DNA of 56,964 bases from an uncultured Porphyromonadaceae bacterium (GCA_947176335.1 CAMWQE010000001.1:1-56964), one strand, 5' to 3'. Positions 9,515-20,700 are shown, counted from the stretch's first letter. The notes: generated from the letters alone by a model not told the origin. Numbers and translations: made by a program.

Positions 9515-10830
9515 ATTGTTCCGGATGTAAAAAGTAGTTTGTAATAGGAATAGATGATGTTTATTTTGGCATTAACGAGTTGCTGCTCGGCTTCTATGCG
9601 GGCATTTGCTGCATCAAGCATATCGGTAATGAGCGCCATATCAGCCGAGTAGCGGGTTGCAGTGGTGGAATAATTGCGTTGTGCGAGTTCCACACCTTTT
9701 TCACGGGTTTTAAGTTCCTCATATGCTTCCATGTAGCGGATATAGTCAGCACGGACACCCATTTCGATATTGTCCCTTGCCGCCGCAAGCTCCTGAAGGG
9801 AGCGGCGGGTCGCAGTTTTACTTTTAGCAACTGACTTATTCGCCTTCCAAAGCGATGACAGGTTATAGGATACTCCGACTCCTACCCACCAATAACTCAG
9901 GTTGCGGTTAATCGGTGGCACCTCAACAAGTATAGGTCCATCTATCGTCCAGCCAAGCTGCATCCCAATCTTGGGAAGTTTTGAAGCTTTTTCAAGGGTC
10001 TCGGCTTTGCGGCTTATTTCCACTCCGTAGCCGGCGAGTTTGAGAGCCGGAGAATTTTGCTCAGCTTCCCGTTGCCATACCTGCTCGTTGGCGACAGGTA
10101 GTGAATGCTGTAATATAGCGGAGTCCGGCACGACTATGATGTTTTCATCCAATCCTGCGGTAACGACAAGGTTGTGGTTGATGATTTGCAGGGTATTGTC
10201 AATCCGTATTAATTCAAGCTGCAAGTTGCTGAGGAGAAGTTCATAGCGGGTGATGTCATTTTTAAGTGCCGTGCCTTGTTCAAACCGCGCTTTCATATTG
10301 TCCAAAACTTTATGGGCAAGAGTAAAATTGTTTTCAACTACTTTGCGCAGGTTAGCATACTTATAAAGATCAAGGTAGAAGCCTGTTAACTGAAAGCGGA
10401 TATTGTCACGCTGCAGGTCGGCGGCAAACCGTGCCGCCGTAGATTTAAGTCCCGCGAGGTCAATACCGGCTCTGGTTGCTCCGCCTGTATAGACCGGCTG
10501 GCTGATATTGATGCCGAAACCACTGCCGAAATGCGGAATCGGTGCTTTCCGGTAATCGGAAAAGTTCCTCTTGGTTGTGAATCCGTCTCCAATGTAAGAA
10601 AAGGAGAGGGTAGCGTTGACATCAGGAAGCATGGCACTCTTTGCCACGCTTATCTCTTGCTTCGCCTCCTGCTCGGCTGTAACGTAGGAACGAAGTGAGG
10701 AGCTGTGTGCCTCGGCGCTTTTGAAAATCTCGTCCAGGTTGACAACCTTTTGAGATTGAGCATAACAACACGCTCCACCGCCCATCAGGACTGTAAACAA
10801 TAGCCCTGTGAGCAATCGGTGATTGTTCAT
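9511..10830 (-). CDS. TolC family outer-membrane efflux protein
   Basis: Signal peptide, two OEP-like repeats (AKSAMLPDV / ASKLPKI), operon context. Confidence 0.9.
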   Translation of the reverse strand: MNNHRLLTGLLFTVLMGGGACCYAQSQKVVNLDEIFKSAEAHSSSLRSYVTAEQEAKQEISVAKSAMLPDVNATLSFSYIGDGFTTKRNFSDYRKAPIPHFGSGFGINISQPVYTGGATRAGIDLAGLKSTAARFAADLQRDNIRFQLTGFYLDLYKYANLRKVVENNFTLAHKVLDNMKARFEQGTALKNDITRYELLLSNLQLELIRIDNTLQIINHNLVVTAGLDENIIVVPDSAILQHSLPVANEQVWQREAEQNSPALKLAGYGVEISRKAETLEKASKLPKIGMQLGWTIDGPILVEVPPINRNLSYWWVGVGVSYNLSSLWKANKSVAKSKTATRRSLQELAAARDNIEMGVRADYIRYMEAYEELKTREKGVELAQRNYSTTATRYSADMALITDMLDAANARIEAEQQLVNAKINIIYSYYKLLFTSGTI

Positions 10831-11042
10831 AATTGAAATTTATAATGTAATGTATGGGATAGAAAATAGCCTGACAATCAGGCGGTATGCACGGAAGAAT
10901 CGGTGCATCACATTTTGCGGAAAAGCATTACTGAGTGCTCTTCCAGCTCTCTTTATACGCGAAATTCTGTACTGATGCGCCTATGATGGCGGGAATGGTA
11001 TATATGTCGGTCATATCGGGCGACTCTTTATGAATCGCACTG

Positions 11043-11050
11043 CAAAGGTA
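11043..11050 (-). promoter_or_regulatory. Primary-sigma -7 element for TolC-HlyD-MFS operon
   Basis: TACCTTTG on minus, about 210 nt upstream of tolC start. Confidence 0.6.
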
Positions 11051-11126
11051 CAAAAAAAATCCTCTTCCGCCGATTTTTTGTCGCGGTTGAGGAGCGTGTT
11101 GTATCAAAAGAAGATGTATACAAATA

Positions 11127-11164
11127 GAGAGACTGCGACGTATTTAATTACGACACAGTCTCTC
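11127..11164 (-). terminator. Probable intrinsic terminator after gpmI
   Basis: GAGAGACTG...CAGTCTCTC inverted repeat ~30 nt after the stop; weak U tail. Confidence 0.55.
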
Positions 11165-11195
11165 CACAAAGTAATCTTAATCTATTTGCTTATAA

Positions 11196-12710
11196 TCAGC
11201 CGATGAGTGAGTGTCCGGTCATTTCCTCAGGTTGCTTGAGTCCCATAATGCTCAAAATTGTGGGTGCAACATCGGCAAGCTTGCCGTCCTCAACTTTTGC
11301 ATCCTTGCGAGCTGTGACATATACACAGGGCACAGGGTTAAGAGAATGTGCAGTATTTGGTGTGCCATCAGGATTAACAGCATTATCCGCATTACCGTGG
11401 TCGGCAATGATAATCACTTCGTAATCAGCCTCCTTAGCAGCCTCAACTGTACGCTCAACACACTTGTCTACAGCTTTAACCGCTTTTTCTATTGCCTCGT
11501 AAACGCCGGTATGACCTACCATGTCGCCATTAGCATAGTTCACTACGATAAAGTCAAACTTCTCGCTCTTGATTGCTTCAACAAGCTTATCGCAAACCTC
11601 AAATGCGCTCATTTCAGGTTTCAAGTCATATGTAGCGACTTTCGGTGAAGCAACAAGGATGCGCTCTTCACCTTCATAAGGCTGTTCACGACCGCCGTTG
11701 AAGAAGAAAGTAACGTGGGCATACTTCTCTGTCTCAGCAATATGAAGCTGTTTTTTATCAAGGCTTGAGAGATATTCGCCGAGAGTGTTGTTTACATTCT
11801 CCTTGTCAAACAGAATATGTACTCCTGTAAATGAAGCATCATAAGGAGTCATGCAATAGTACTGCAAGTCGGGAATGGTGGTCATGCCCGCTTCGGGAAT
11901 ATCATGCTGCGTAAGAGCGATTGTAAGCTCTTTGGCACGGTCATTACGGTAGTTGAAGAAGATAACCGCATCGCCCTCCTTAATAGTACCGTCTACTGTA
12001 GAGTTGTTGATAGGCTTAACGAATTCATCGGTAATACCTTCATCATAGGACTCCTGCATTGCCTCCACCATATCTGTTGCCTGCTTGCCTTCGCCATGCA
12101 CAAGGAGATCATAAGCAACTTTCACGCGTTCCCAACGTTTGTCACGGTCCATTGCATAGTATCGACCGATAATTGACGCGATAGTGCCTGCGCTCTTTTC
12201 GCAATGTGCCCTGAGCTGTTCAATAAAGCCTTTACCACTATGTGGGTCGGTATCACGACCATCCATAAAGCAATGGATGTACACTTTTTCAAGACCGTAT
12301 GCCTTTGCGATGTCGCAGAGAGCAAAAAGATGGTCAAGTGATGAATGTACACCACCGTCAGAGGTCAGCCCCATGAAATGGATTGCCTTGCCATTATCGC
12401 GTGCGTATGAGAATGCGCTTTTGATTTCCGGATTCTCCATGATTGAGCCATCCTTGCAAGCCTTGTTGATTTTAACAAGATCCTGATAAACGACACGTCC
12501 CGCACCGATATTAAGGTGACCTACCTCACTGTTACCCATCTGTCCGTCCGGTAAACCTACGTTTTCTCCACTTGCCTGAAGCTGGGAGTTAGGATAAGTT
12601 TTGAGAAGATAATCCCAGTAAGGTGTGGGAGTAGAGTAAATCACGTCGCTCTTGGTATGGTTGCCAATGCCCCAACCGTCGAGAATCATTAGTAAAGCTT
12701 TATTAGCCAT
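11196..12710 (-). CDS. gpmI: 2,3-bisphosphoglycerate-independent phosphoglycerate mutase
   Basis: [39 protein letters not shown]; TAACTTTG at 12743-12750. Confidence 0.97.
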   Translation of the reverse strand: MANKALLMILDGWGIGNHTKSDVIYSTPTPYWDYLLKTYPNSQLQASGENVGLPDGQMGNSEVGHLNIGAGRVVYQDLVKINKACKDGSIMENPEIKSAFSYARDNGKAIHFMGLTSDGGVHSSLDHLFALCDIAKAYGLEKVYIHCFMDGRDTDPHSGKGFIEQLRAHCEKSAGTIASIIGRYYAMDRDKRWERVKVAYDLLVHGEGKQATDMVEAMQESYDEGITDEFVKPINNSTVDGTIKEGDAVIFFNYRNDRAKELTIALTQHDIPEAGMTTIPDLQYYCMTPYDASFTGVHILFDKENVNNTLGEYLSSLDKKQLHIAETEKYAHVTFFFNGGREQPYEGEERILVASPKVATYDLKPEMSAFEVCDKLVEAIKSEKFDFIVVNYANGDMVGHTGVYEAIEKAVKAVDKCVERTVEAAKEADYEVIIIADHGNADNAVNPDGTPNTAHSLNPVPCVYVTARKDAKVEDGKLADVAPTILSIMGLKQPEEMTGHSLIG

Positions 12711-12807
12711 TATTTTGCGTTGTTATAGTTGATTATTTGTTACAAAGTTACGAAATTTTCCTGTTTCTGTAAAACTGCAGTTTGCGAGTGAAAGGTCACC
12801 TATCTAA

Positions 12808-14931
12808 TCATTCAGTCATTTCAAATTCAAGAGTACCTCCGGCTATGATATCCTTATGAGAGATGTATGGCAAATCGTAAGGCTTACCGTTGAGTCTCAC
12901 CGACTTGATATATTTGCGCTTAGGCGATACACCTGGAGCAACCACAACAAATTTTCCTCCCGGCACTTCAATTTCAGCACGTTCATATCTCGGTGTACCG
13001 AAACGGTATATTCCCGCCGCCGGCTCAACCGGATAGAAGCCGAGAGCCGAGAAAACGTACCAAGCGGACATCTGTCCGGCATCCTCGTTACCGCAAAGCC
13101 CGTCAGGCTGGTCCGTGTACATTTCATCCATTATCTGAGCCACGAGGTCTGCTGTCTTTCTCGGTTCACCAAGCATAGCATATATATAAGGTGTATGGTG
13201 CCCCGGTTCATTCCCATGGGCATACTGACCGATCAACCCGGTAATATCCGGTGAAGCATCGCCTGTCAACACTGAAGGCACAACGAAAAGGGAGTCGAGT
13301 TTGGATAGCATTGCCTCGCGTGAGCCGAAACATTCGCTCAATCCGTCAATGTCATGCGGAGCCAGCCATGTGTACTGCCACGCCGTACCCTCGCAATAGT
13401 CATCCACACGGTGAGTTGTCGAGAAGGGATCAAAAGGCGTACGCCATTCACCTTTGCTATCTTTCCCGCGAATGAAGCCGGTTGACTTGTCAAAGAATGT
13501 GCGGTAAGAATGACTCCGTTTGTCAAACTCGCATGCTACAGCAGAATCACCCATTGATTTTGCCGCATTGGCAATCGCCGCGTCAGCAATTGCATACTCC
13601 ATATCATATGCTACAGCCTCATTGAACAAATCACAGGGTATATATCCGTACTGCTGGCGCAGACCACCGCCGCGTGCAGTGTCATTTGCTGTTGCAATCA
13701 TCGCCTTAAGCGCCCTTTCAGCGTCAATACCGGACAGGTTCTTGACAACTGCGTCGGCAACCGGAATAATCCCGGGATTACCGACCATGCAATCAGTTTC
13801 ACATCCCCAGAGATGCCACACCGGCAACCTGCCTTGCCTGTCATATATTGCAAGCATATCATTCACCATTTCACTCGACCGCTCCGGTTCAATTATAGTC
13901 AGGAGCGGCATTTCAGCACGGTAAGTATCCCACAAGGAGTAAGTCGTGTAAGCGGGAACCGAATCAACGTCACTCATCAGAGCCGGCATGAACATAGTAT
14001 GGTACAATGCCGTGTAAAACTTTGTAAGCTCAGTTTCATCTGTAGCTGAAACCTTTACCTTTCCAAGTTCACGGTTCCAGTTTCTGTCGGCTTCCGCCGC
14101 TACCGAATCAAAATCCCAACTGGGAAGTTCTGCAGCAAGATTAGCCTTAGCTGCTTCTACAGATGTAGGAGACAAAGCTACTTTTACAAGGATTTCCCTT
14201 GCGTCTCCTGCCGGGAAATCAATCCTGCCATACATATTATTTTGCCCATGAAGGGTAAGGGAATCAAACGGTTCCGAGAATTGGGCGGCAAAATAAACCT
14301 TCTGGTCATTTGACCATCCGGTTGAAAACCTGTGACCTGTAACCATATTGTTTCCATCCGCTTTTATCTCGGTATCCAGCGGGCGGTCCCAGCATCCACC
14401 ATTCTGCAGGTCAAAAACTATTGCCGCTGAATCAGTTTCAGGAAATTTATAGCGATGAAACCCAACACGCTCTGTTGCCGTGAGTTCCGCATCAATTCCA
14501 TACCTTTCAAGCGGCACCCTGTAGTAACCGGGACGCACCACCTGCTCCGAGCGCACGCCATAGCTCCATAATCCGGAGGACTGGCTATCGAAATTACCAC
14601 GCGCATAAGTCACATCCCCAACGACAGGCATAACCGTTATATCAAACAAATCCCCTACCCCAGTGCCACTTAGATGAGTATGGGAAAACCCTATTATGGA
14701 ACTGTCGCTCTCATGATAACCGGAGGTCCAGTCCCATGCCTGGGTTATCGCAGTGGGGCCAAGTTGCACCATGCCGAATGGCACATTTGCTCCTACAAAA
14801 ACATGCCCGTGTCCACCGCTGCCTATGAGCGGGTCAACAAACCGGGTAAGTTCGGGCACCTGAGGTTCTTGATGTGATGCACACGCGCCTAACGCAAGAA
14901 GCACTGCTACAGCCGGAATAATTTTTTTCAT
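12808..14931 (-). CDS. GH92 alpha-mannosidase, lipoprotein
   Basis: LGAC lipobox; GFSHTHLSGTG, SLWDTYR, YAHGNEP, GNEDAGQMSAWY. Confidence 0.93.
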   Translation of the reverse strand: MKKIIPAVAVLLALGACASHQEPQVPELTRFVDPLIGSGGHGHVFVGANVPFGMVQLGPTAITQAWDWTSGYHESDSSIIGFSHTHLSGTGVGDLFDITVMPVVGDVTYARGNFDSQSSGLWSYGVRSEQVVRPGYYRVPLERYGIDAELTATERVGFHRYKFPETDSAAIVFDLQNGGCWDRPLDTEIKADGNNMVTGHRFSTGWSNDQKVYFAAQFSEPFDSLTLHGQNNMYGRIDFPAGDAREILVKVALSPTSVEAAKANLAAELPSWDFDSVAAEADRNWNRELGKVKVSATDETELTKFYTALYHTMFMPALMSDVDSVPAYTTYSLWDTYRAEMPLLTIIEPERSSEMVNDMLAIYDRQGRLPVWHLWGCETDCMVGNPGIIPVADAVVKNLSGIDAERALKAMIATANDTARGGGLRQQYGYIPCDLFNEAVAYDMEYAIADAAIANAAKSMGDSAVACEFDKRSHSYRTFFDKSTGFIRGKDSKGEWRTPFDPFSTTHRVDDYCEGTAWQYTWLAPHDIDGLSECFGSREAMLSKLDSLFVVPSVLTGDASPDITGLIGQYAHGNEPGHHTPYIYAMLGEPRKTADLVAQIMDEMYTDQPDGLCGNEDAGQMSAWYVFSALGFYPVEPAAGIYRFGTPRYERAEIEVPGGKFVVVAPGVSPKRKYIKSVRLNGKPYDLPYISHKDIIAGGTLEFEMTE

Positions 14932-17192
14932 TTTCGGGGAGTTGTTGAAAGTTTGAAGTCAAGTTTGCCACCTTTCATAAGGTCATCGTGTGATATACGG
15001 TAGTCTTTAAGCGGTTTGCCTCCGAGAGTCATGGAATTGATATAAATTGCGTCAGCAGACGGACGTTCCGCTGTTATCTCCAATGTCTTTCCATTACCCA
15101 AATCAATCTCTACCTCATCAAAAACAGGTGATGTTATGGTGTAAAACGGTTCGCCGGGAGCATCGGGATAAAAACCCATCATCGAAAACAGCGCCCATGC
15201 GGACATTGTGCCGGTATCGTCATTTCCGGGAATACCGTCAGGCTTATCCGTAAAATACTTGGAAAGCAAGCGGTTTACCTGCTCCTGAGTACGCCATTCC
15301 TCACCTTTGAAACGGCTGAACAGATAAGGATATGCTATATCAGGTTCATTTGCCGGGTCATATAAGGTTGAATCAAACACCATCTGGAGCTTCTCCACAA
15401 ATTTCTTCTTTCCTCCCATGAGTTTTGCAAGTCCCTCAACATCATGAGGCACAAAGAATGTGTAGTTCCACGCACTTCCTTCATGGAAACCGGGCACTTC
15501 CTCAAAGTTCTCACCCTGACGGGGATTGAACGGGGTAAGGAATTTGCCATCCGCGAGTTTAGGACGAAGTGTGCCGCTCTCGCTTGAATAATAGTTCTTA
15601 TATCCTGCCGCACGTTTACGCAGTTCTGCCGCAAATTCTTTGTCGCCTCTCTGCTCTGCCAGCCAAGCAAGCGCCGCATCGGCGACATAATATTCAAGCG
15701 CATGGCTTACAGAATTATCGCCGCTCATGTCGCCCGCATAATATCCTAAAGGCACATACCCGAGTTCGATGTACGGGTCAACATCAGGACGCATGGGATT
15801 GAATGCACCGGGAGTGTTGGCGCTACGCTTCATGGCGATATATGCCGAATCAATATCAAAATCAGTCAACCCCTTTCGGTATGTATCCACAATCACCGGG
15901 ATAGCGGGGTCTCCCTCCATGGTAAATGTCTCGCGCCCATAGAGTTCCCATTTAGGAAGCCATCCCCACTCCTTGGACATATCAACCATACTGCGCACCA
16001 TGTCAAGCTGGCGTTCAGGATAAACAAGGGTCATAAGCTGATGTACATTCCTGTAGGTATCCCAAAGCGAGAATACGGTATAGCGGTCATAATCCTTTTT
16101 ACCGTTGCCAAAAGACTCCATAAGGGGATATTCACCGTTCACGTCACTCAGTATATTGGGATGAATGAGAGTGTGGTATAGTGCCGTGTAGAACACCTTG
16201 CGCTGCTCATCCGTTCCGCCCTTAACACGTATTTTACCCAAATCGTCATTCCATTTCTGGCGTGCCTGCGCCTTCAGCTCATCGAATGAGAACGAAAGTT
16301 GCTCCTTGTCAAGGTTTTCACGCGCATTGGCGGTTGAGACGAAGCTTACGCCCATCCTCACCTCCACCTGTTCGCCGGGAGCGAGGGAGTCGTAGGTAAA
16401 GAAGTAACCGATATCGTCACCGGACAACTCTCTGCCGTACTTTGAATAGATTTTATACGTGCCGTTATCCTTGTCCCAGTTTTTCTCAGGACCTTCCATA
16501 ACAGGTTGCATCTTCCAGTAACCGGAAGCATCGGGACGACGGGTAACTCTCATTACAAAATAAATGGGAAACACAGCCTGAGGATTGTAGCAGAAAGTGC
16601 CGAGAAGTTTGGAGCCCTCTATTTCCGTATCGCTTACCCTGCGCACGGTTGCACCGCTTTCGTTGGTGAGACCCTCACCGAGATTTATTAGGATATTGCT
16701 CTTTCCACCGGGAAAAGTGTAACGCTCTGCTGCGGTACGCGTTGTTGCTGTCACCTCCGAAAGTATATCATACTTTGTCAATTTGTTGGAGTAATATCCC
16801 GGAGCTGCGGTCTCATCGGTATAAGCAGAACCGTACTTATGGTAATCCGGTTCGATATCTCCGGTAGTGGCAATTGTGAGCAATGAGCCGAGTTCAGGAC
16901 ATCCCACACCACTAAGAGCGACATGCGCATAACCGGTGAAAAACTTGTTGGTCACATCATAAGGAGTGCTCCACCAGCGGGAGTCCTTGTCATAGCGGTT
17001 CTCTTTTGAACCCATCACATTGAACGGCACTACCTGCATCAGCCCGTTTGGCACCAATGCGCCCGGGTTCGTAGTGCCATAATTGGTTGTTCCCACAAAA
17101 GGATTGACCAGTGAGGCGTAATCTGTTGTTTCCGCCATTGCCGGAGCCGCAGCAAGGAGCGACGCTACAGCGAGATGTTTCAGTATTTGCAT
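14928..17192 (-). CDS. GH92 alpha-mannosidase, secreted
   Basis: Signal peptide; FSLWDTYR, EGSAWNY, NEPD, GNDDTGTMSAW; TAACTTTG at 17233-17240. Confidence 0.93.
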   Translation of the reverse strand: MQILKHLAVASLLAAAPAMAETTDYASLVNPFVGTTNYGTTNPGALVPNGLMQVVPFNVMGSKENRYDKDSRWWSTPYDVTNKFFTGYAHVALSGVGCPELGSLLTIATTGDIEPDYHKYGSAYTDETAAPGYYSNKLTKYDILSEVTATTRTAAERYTFPGGKSNILINLGEGLTNESGATVRRVSDTEIEGSKLLGTFCYNPQAVFPIYFVMRVTRRPDASGYWKMQPVMEGPEKNWDKDNGTYKIYSKYGRELSGDDIGYFFTYDSLAPGEQVEVRMGVSFVSTANARENLDKEQLSFSFDELKAQARQKWNDDLGKIRVKGGTDEQRKVFYTALYHTLIHPNILSDVNGEYPLMESFGNGKKDYDRYTVFSLWDTYRNVHQLMTLVYPERQLDMVRSMVDMSKEWGWLPKWELYGRETFTMEGDPAIPVIVDTYRKGLTDFDIDSAYIAMKRSANTPGAFNPMRPDVDPYIELGYVPLGYYAGDMSGDNSVSHALEYYVADAALAWLAEQRGDKEFAAELRKRAAGYKNYYSSESGTLRPKLADGKFLTPFNPRQGENFEEVPGFHEGSAWNYTFFVPHDVEGLAKLMGGKKKFVEKLQMVFDSTLYDPANEPDIAYPYLFSRFKGEEWRTQEQVNRLLSKYFTDKPDGIPGNDDTGTMSAWALFSMMGFYPDAPGEPFYTITSPVFDEVEIDLGNGKTLEITAERPSADAIYINSMTLGGKPLKDYRISHDDLMKGGKLDFKLSTTPRK

Positions 17193-17402
17193 GAAAAAAC
17201 TGGTATTGATTAGTCGGTAGTTTATTTTATCGCAAAGTTAAATATTTTTCGCTTATTACCGGCTCGCTTACAGATATATTCATGCACGCCGGGCATCCAT
17301 TTTCAGCTCTGAATACATCCAATGGAAAAGATTTTGTGCATTTTTTTTGCAAATTATAAAATTAGGGTTAACTTTGCACTCGCAAAACCGCTCATTGCAC
17401 AT

Positions 17403-17473
17403 GGTTCCTTGGCCGAGTGGTTAGGCACCGGTCTGCAAAACCGTTTACAGCAGTTCGATTCTGCTAGGAACCT
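17403..17473 (+). tRNA. tRNA-Cys(GCA)
   Basis: Acceptor GGTTCCT/AGGAACC, anticodon GCA at 17435-17437, GTTCGATT T-loop; CCA not encoded; TAACTTTG at 17369-17376. Confidence 0.96.
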
Positions 17474-17477
17474 CTTT

Positions 17478-17509
17478 AAGCCTGTTCAGCTATTTGAGCA
17501 GGCTTTTTT
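17478..17509 (+). terminator. Intrinsic terminator after tRNA-Cys
   Basis: AAGCCTGTTCA...TGAGCAGGCTT followed by T run. Confidence 0.8.
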
Positions 17510-17585
17510 ATTATATACCCGTTTTGCTGGTTTGCGCTTTTTTGCTACTTTTGTCTTTTAGAAGAAAAAATAAATCAATATAGAC

Positions 17586-18710
17586 ATGAAATTCAACGTA
17601 CCAAGCAAGACGCTCCACAGCTATGTATCTGCTGTAAGCAAAGTCATCAACTCCAAGAACGCCCTTACAATACTGAACAACTTCCTCTTTACGCTTGACG
17701 GTGACATCCTCACAGTCAAGGCTTCCGATATGGAAAACAGCCTTGTAGGCCGTCTGCCTGTCACTGGTGCCGAAGGCGGAGGCTCTTTCTGCCTTGATGC
17801 CCGAAGGATTGTTGACTTGCTTAAGGAGATGCCGGACCAGGGAATCACATTCGAGATTGATGACGATAACCTTGAGGTTAAAATCTCATACCCCAACGGC
17901 ATGTACAACACTGTGGCGATCAACGGCGTTGAATATCCTTTGACTACCGAGGCACAGGAAGGTGAAACCATTAGCTTCACCATGCCGGCAGATCAGGTGA
18001 TGAAAGGAATTGAAAATACCATATTCGCTGTAGGGACAGATGAGCTGCGCCCGCAGATGATGGGTATTTTGTGGGATGTGAAACCGGACAGGATTATTTT
18101 CGTTGCAACAGATACCCGCAAGCTTGTCAAATACACCAACTCTTTAATCAAACCCGGCTCTGAATGCTCATTCATCCTACCCCTTAAGCCTGCCACAGTA
18201 CTTAAAAATGTATTCGGCAAGGAGGATGAAATCGAGATAACGGTGTCAGAGAAGAGCGTCAAATTCAATTCTCCCTCATTCACATTTGATTGCCGCCAGA
18301 TTAAAGGAGCGTTCCCTCCCTACGACAAAGTTATTCCCGCAAACAATCCTTATGCGCTTACAGTGGATCGACTCTCTTTCCTCACTGCGGTGCGCCGTGT
18401 AGGAGTGTTCGGCGATTGCGGCAACGGACTCGTTAAATTCAAACTCACCCCTGACACACTCACACTCCGCGCCCGTGACAACAGCTACGGCACCAGCGGA
18501 TGGGAGTCTGTGCCTTGCAGCTATACCGGAAATGAATTCATGATTGGATTCGGAGCTCCTTACCTCATTGAAATCTTCTCTACCATTTCCACTACCGATG
18601 TTATCATGAAACTGTCGGACGCAAGCCATCCTGCTGTATGCGTTCCTGCAGAAAATGAGCCGGACTCTGAGCTCCTCATCCTTCTCATGCCCATGAACAT
18701 CGTTGATTGA
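17586..18710 (+). CDS. dnaN: DNA polymerase III beta clamp
   Basis: 374 aa; DELRPQMMG, VATDTRKL, C-terminal LLMPM. Confidence 0.95.
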   Translation: MKFNVPSKTLHSYVSAVSKVINSKNALTILNNFLFTLDGDILTVKASDMENSLVGRLPVTGAEGGGSFCLDARRIVDLLKEMPDQGITFEIDDDNLEVKISYPNGMYNTVAINGVEYPLTTEAQEGETISFTMPADQVMKGIENTIFAVGTDELRPQMMGILWDVKPDRIIFVATDTRKLVKYTNSLIKPGSECSFILPLKPATVLKNVFGKEDEIEITVSEKSVKFNSPSFTFDCRQIKGAFPPYDKVIPANNPYALTVDRLSFLTAVRRVGVFGDCGNGLVKFKLTPDTLTLRARDNSYGTSGWESVPCSYTGNEFMIGFGAPYLIEIFSTISTTDVIMKLSDASHPAVCVPAENEPDSELLILLMPMNIVD

Positions 18711-18725
18711 CAAGATATTACAGCA

Positions 18726-19508
18726 ATGAATCTTAAACTTGACCGTCCCATAATATTCTTTGACCTCGAAACTACCGGCACGGACATCCTTAATGACCGC
18801 ATTGTAGAACTGTCGTTAATCAAAATAATGCCGGACGGTAGCGAATATGAGCGTACCAGAAGGATAAACCCGGAGATTCCTATACCCGTCGAAGCGACCG
18901 CTGTGCATGGCATCAAAGATGAGGATGTGGTTAATGAGCCGAAATTCTCTCAGATTGCCCATTCTCTGGCGGATATTTTTGAGGGATGTGATATTGCCGG
19001 TTTCAACTCAAACCGGTTCGATGTGCCGATGCTTGACCAGGAGTTTCAGCGTGCAGGAGTGAAATTTGATTTCACCGGCGTGCGATTTGTAGATGTGCAG
19101 ACTATTTTCCACAAAAAAGAACAGCGCACCCTCATTGCCGCTTACCGCTTTTATTGCGGAAAAGAGCTTGAGGACGCACATTCCGCAAACGCTGACATAC
19201 GGGCGACTTACGAAGTACTCAAATCACAGCTTGACAGATACCCGGATCTTGAAAACGACATAAAATTCCTCTCGGAGTATTCTACCCACACAAAAAATGT
19301 GGACTTCATGGGACGCCTCATTTATGATGATCAAAAGAGAGAGGTCATCAACTTCGGAAAATACAAGGGTAAAATTGCAGAGGATGTGCTTCGCCGCGAC
19401 CCAAGTTACTATTCCTGGATTCTGAACGGCGATTTTGCCCAGAATACCAAAGACGCATTTGCAGCTATACACAAAAGAATAAAAAACAAAGACCATAAGA
19501 ATGCTTAA
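18726..19508 (+). CDS. DEDDh 3'-5' exonuclease (DnaQ-like)
   Basis: FDLETTG, GFNSNRFD, AHSANAD; C-terminal FGKYKG. Confidence 0.9.
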   Translation: MNLKLDRPIIFFDLETTGTDILNDRIVELSLIKIMPDGSEYERTRRINPEIPIPVEATAVHGIKDEDVVNEPKFSQIAHSLADIFEGCDIAGFNSNRFDVPMLDQEFQRAGVKFDFTGVRFVDVQTIFHKKEQRTLIAAYRFYCGKELEDAHSANADIRATYEVLKSQLDRYPDLENDIKFLSEYSTHTKNVDFMGRLIYDDQKREVINFGKYKGKIAEDVLRRDPSYYSWILNGDFAQNTKDAFAAIHKRIKNKDHKNA

Positions 19509-20700
19509 AGGCAAACATATCATTCTTGGAATCACAGGAGGCATCGCCGCTTACAAGTCGGCGGTGCTTGCTCGTTTATTGATAAAGGCAGGTGCGGAAG
19601 TTCAGGTTGTCATGACCCCTTCTGCAAAGGAGTTCATCACCCCCGTCACCCTCTCCGCCCTTACCGGGAATCCGGTAATCAGTGAATTTTTCACTGCAAA
19701 CACAGGCGAATGGCACAGTCATGTCGACCTTGGGCTCTGGGCTGACGCAATGATAATAGCTCCTGCGACCGCGTGCACTATAGGAAAAATGGCTAATGGA
19801 GTGGCGGACAATATGCTTGTCACTACCTATCTCAGTGCAAAAGCTCCGGTTTTCATTGCTCCGGCAATGGACCTCGACATGATGGCACATCCGTCCACAA
19901 CAAGAAATCTTGACTTGCTGCGTAGCTATGGCAACCACATAATCGAAGCTGCGGCAGGTGAGCTTGCAAGTCACCTTGTGGGGAAAGGCAGGATGCAGGA
20001 ACCGGAAATTATCGTTGCCGAACTGCAAAAGTACTTCGCACAGTCACAGACACTCAAAGGCAAAAAAGTGCTTGTGACAGCAGGGCCCACTTATGAAAAA
20101 ATCGACCCCGTGCGGTTCATTGGCAACTATTCCTCAGGCAAAATGGGCTACGCGATTGCTGATGAAGCGGCGCATCGAGGAGCGGATGTGATTTTGGTGA
20201 GCGGACCAGTGTCATTGCAGCCGAAGCAGCAGAATGTAACCGTTGTTCCTGTGGAATCTGCAAAAGATATGCTTGAACAATGTGAGCGATTTTTCCCGGA
20301 AAGCGACATCGCTGTGATGTGCGCTGCCGTTGCCGACTATGCTCCGGCAAATCCGGCTGACAAGAAAATCAAGCGTGAAAAGCAGGAAGTACCTGTAATA
20401 AACCTTGTAAAGAACCCTGACATTGCCGCTACCCTTGGCGCAAAGAAAAAAGCGGGACAGATTTTGGTTGGCTTTGCACTTGAAACAGACAACGAGCAGG
20501 CAAATGCCCTTGACAAACTAAAGCGTAAAAACCTTGACATGATAGCTTTGAATTCACTCCGCACACCCGGAGCCGGATTCGGTACAGATACCAATGTCAT
20601 AACCCTCATCAGTGCGGATGGTACTGAAACTCCCCTCCCCTTGATGAGCAAGGCTGAAGCTGCATCCAAGCTATTTGATTATATCATAGGAATAAAATGA
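19501..20700 (+). CDS. coaBC: Phosphopantothenoylcysteine decarboxylase/ligase
   Basis: GITGGIAAYKS, APAM, TAGPTYEKIDPVRFIGNYSSGKMG, VGFALET. Confidence 0.97.
   Translation: MLKGKHIILGITGGIAAYKSAVLARLLIKAGAEVQVVMTPSAKEFITPVTLSALTGNPVISEFFTANTGEWHSHVDLGLWADAMIIAPATACTIGKMANGVADNMLVTTYLSAKAPVFIAPAMDLDMMAHPSTTRNLDLLRSYGNHIIEAAAGELASHLVGKGRMQEPEIIVAELQKYFAQSQTLKGKKVLVTAGPTYEKIDPVRFIGNYSSGKMGYAIADEAAHRGADVILVSGPVSLQPKQQNVTVVPVESAKDMLEQCERFFPESDIAVMCAAVADYAPANPADKKIKREKQEVPVINLVKNPDIAATLGAKKKAGQILVGFALETDNEQANALDKLKRKNLDMIALNSLRTPGAGFGTDTNVITLISADGTETPLPLMSKAEAASKLFDYIIGIK

Noticed and set aside
17322-17561. 79-aa ORF
   Set aside because: Spans tRNA-Cys, its promoter and terminator; spurious
17403-17585. 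tRNA as possible integration site
   Set aside because: No integrase or duplicated tRNA 3' end seen; dnaN follows directly
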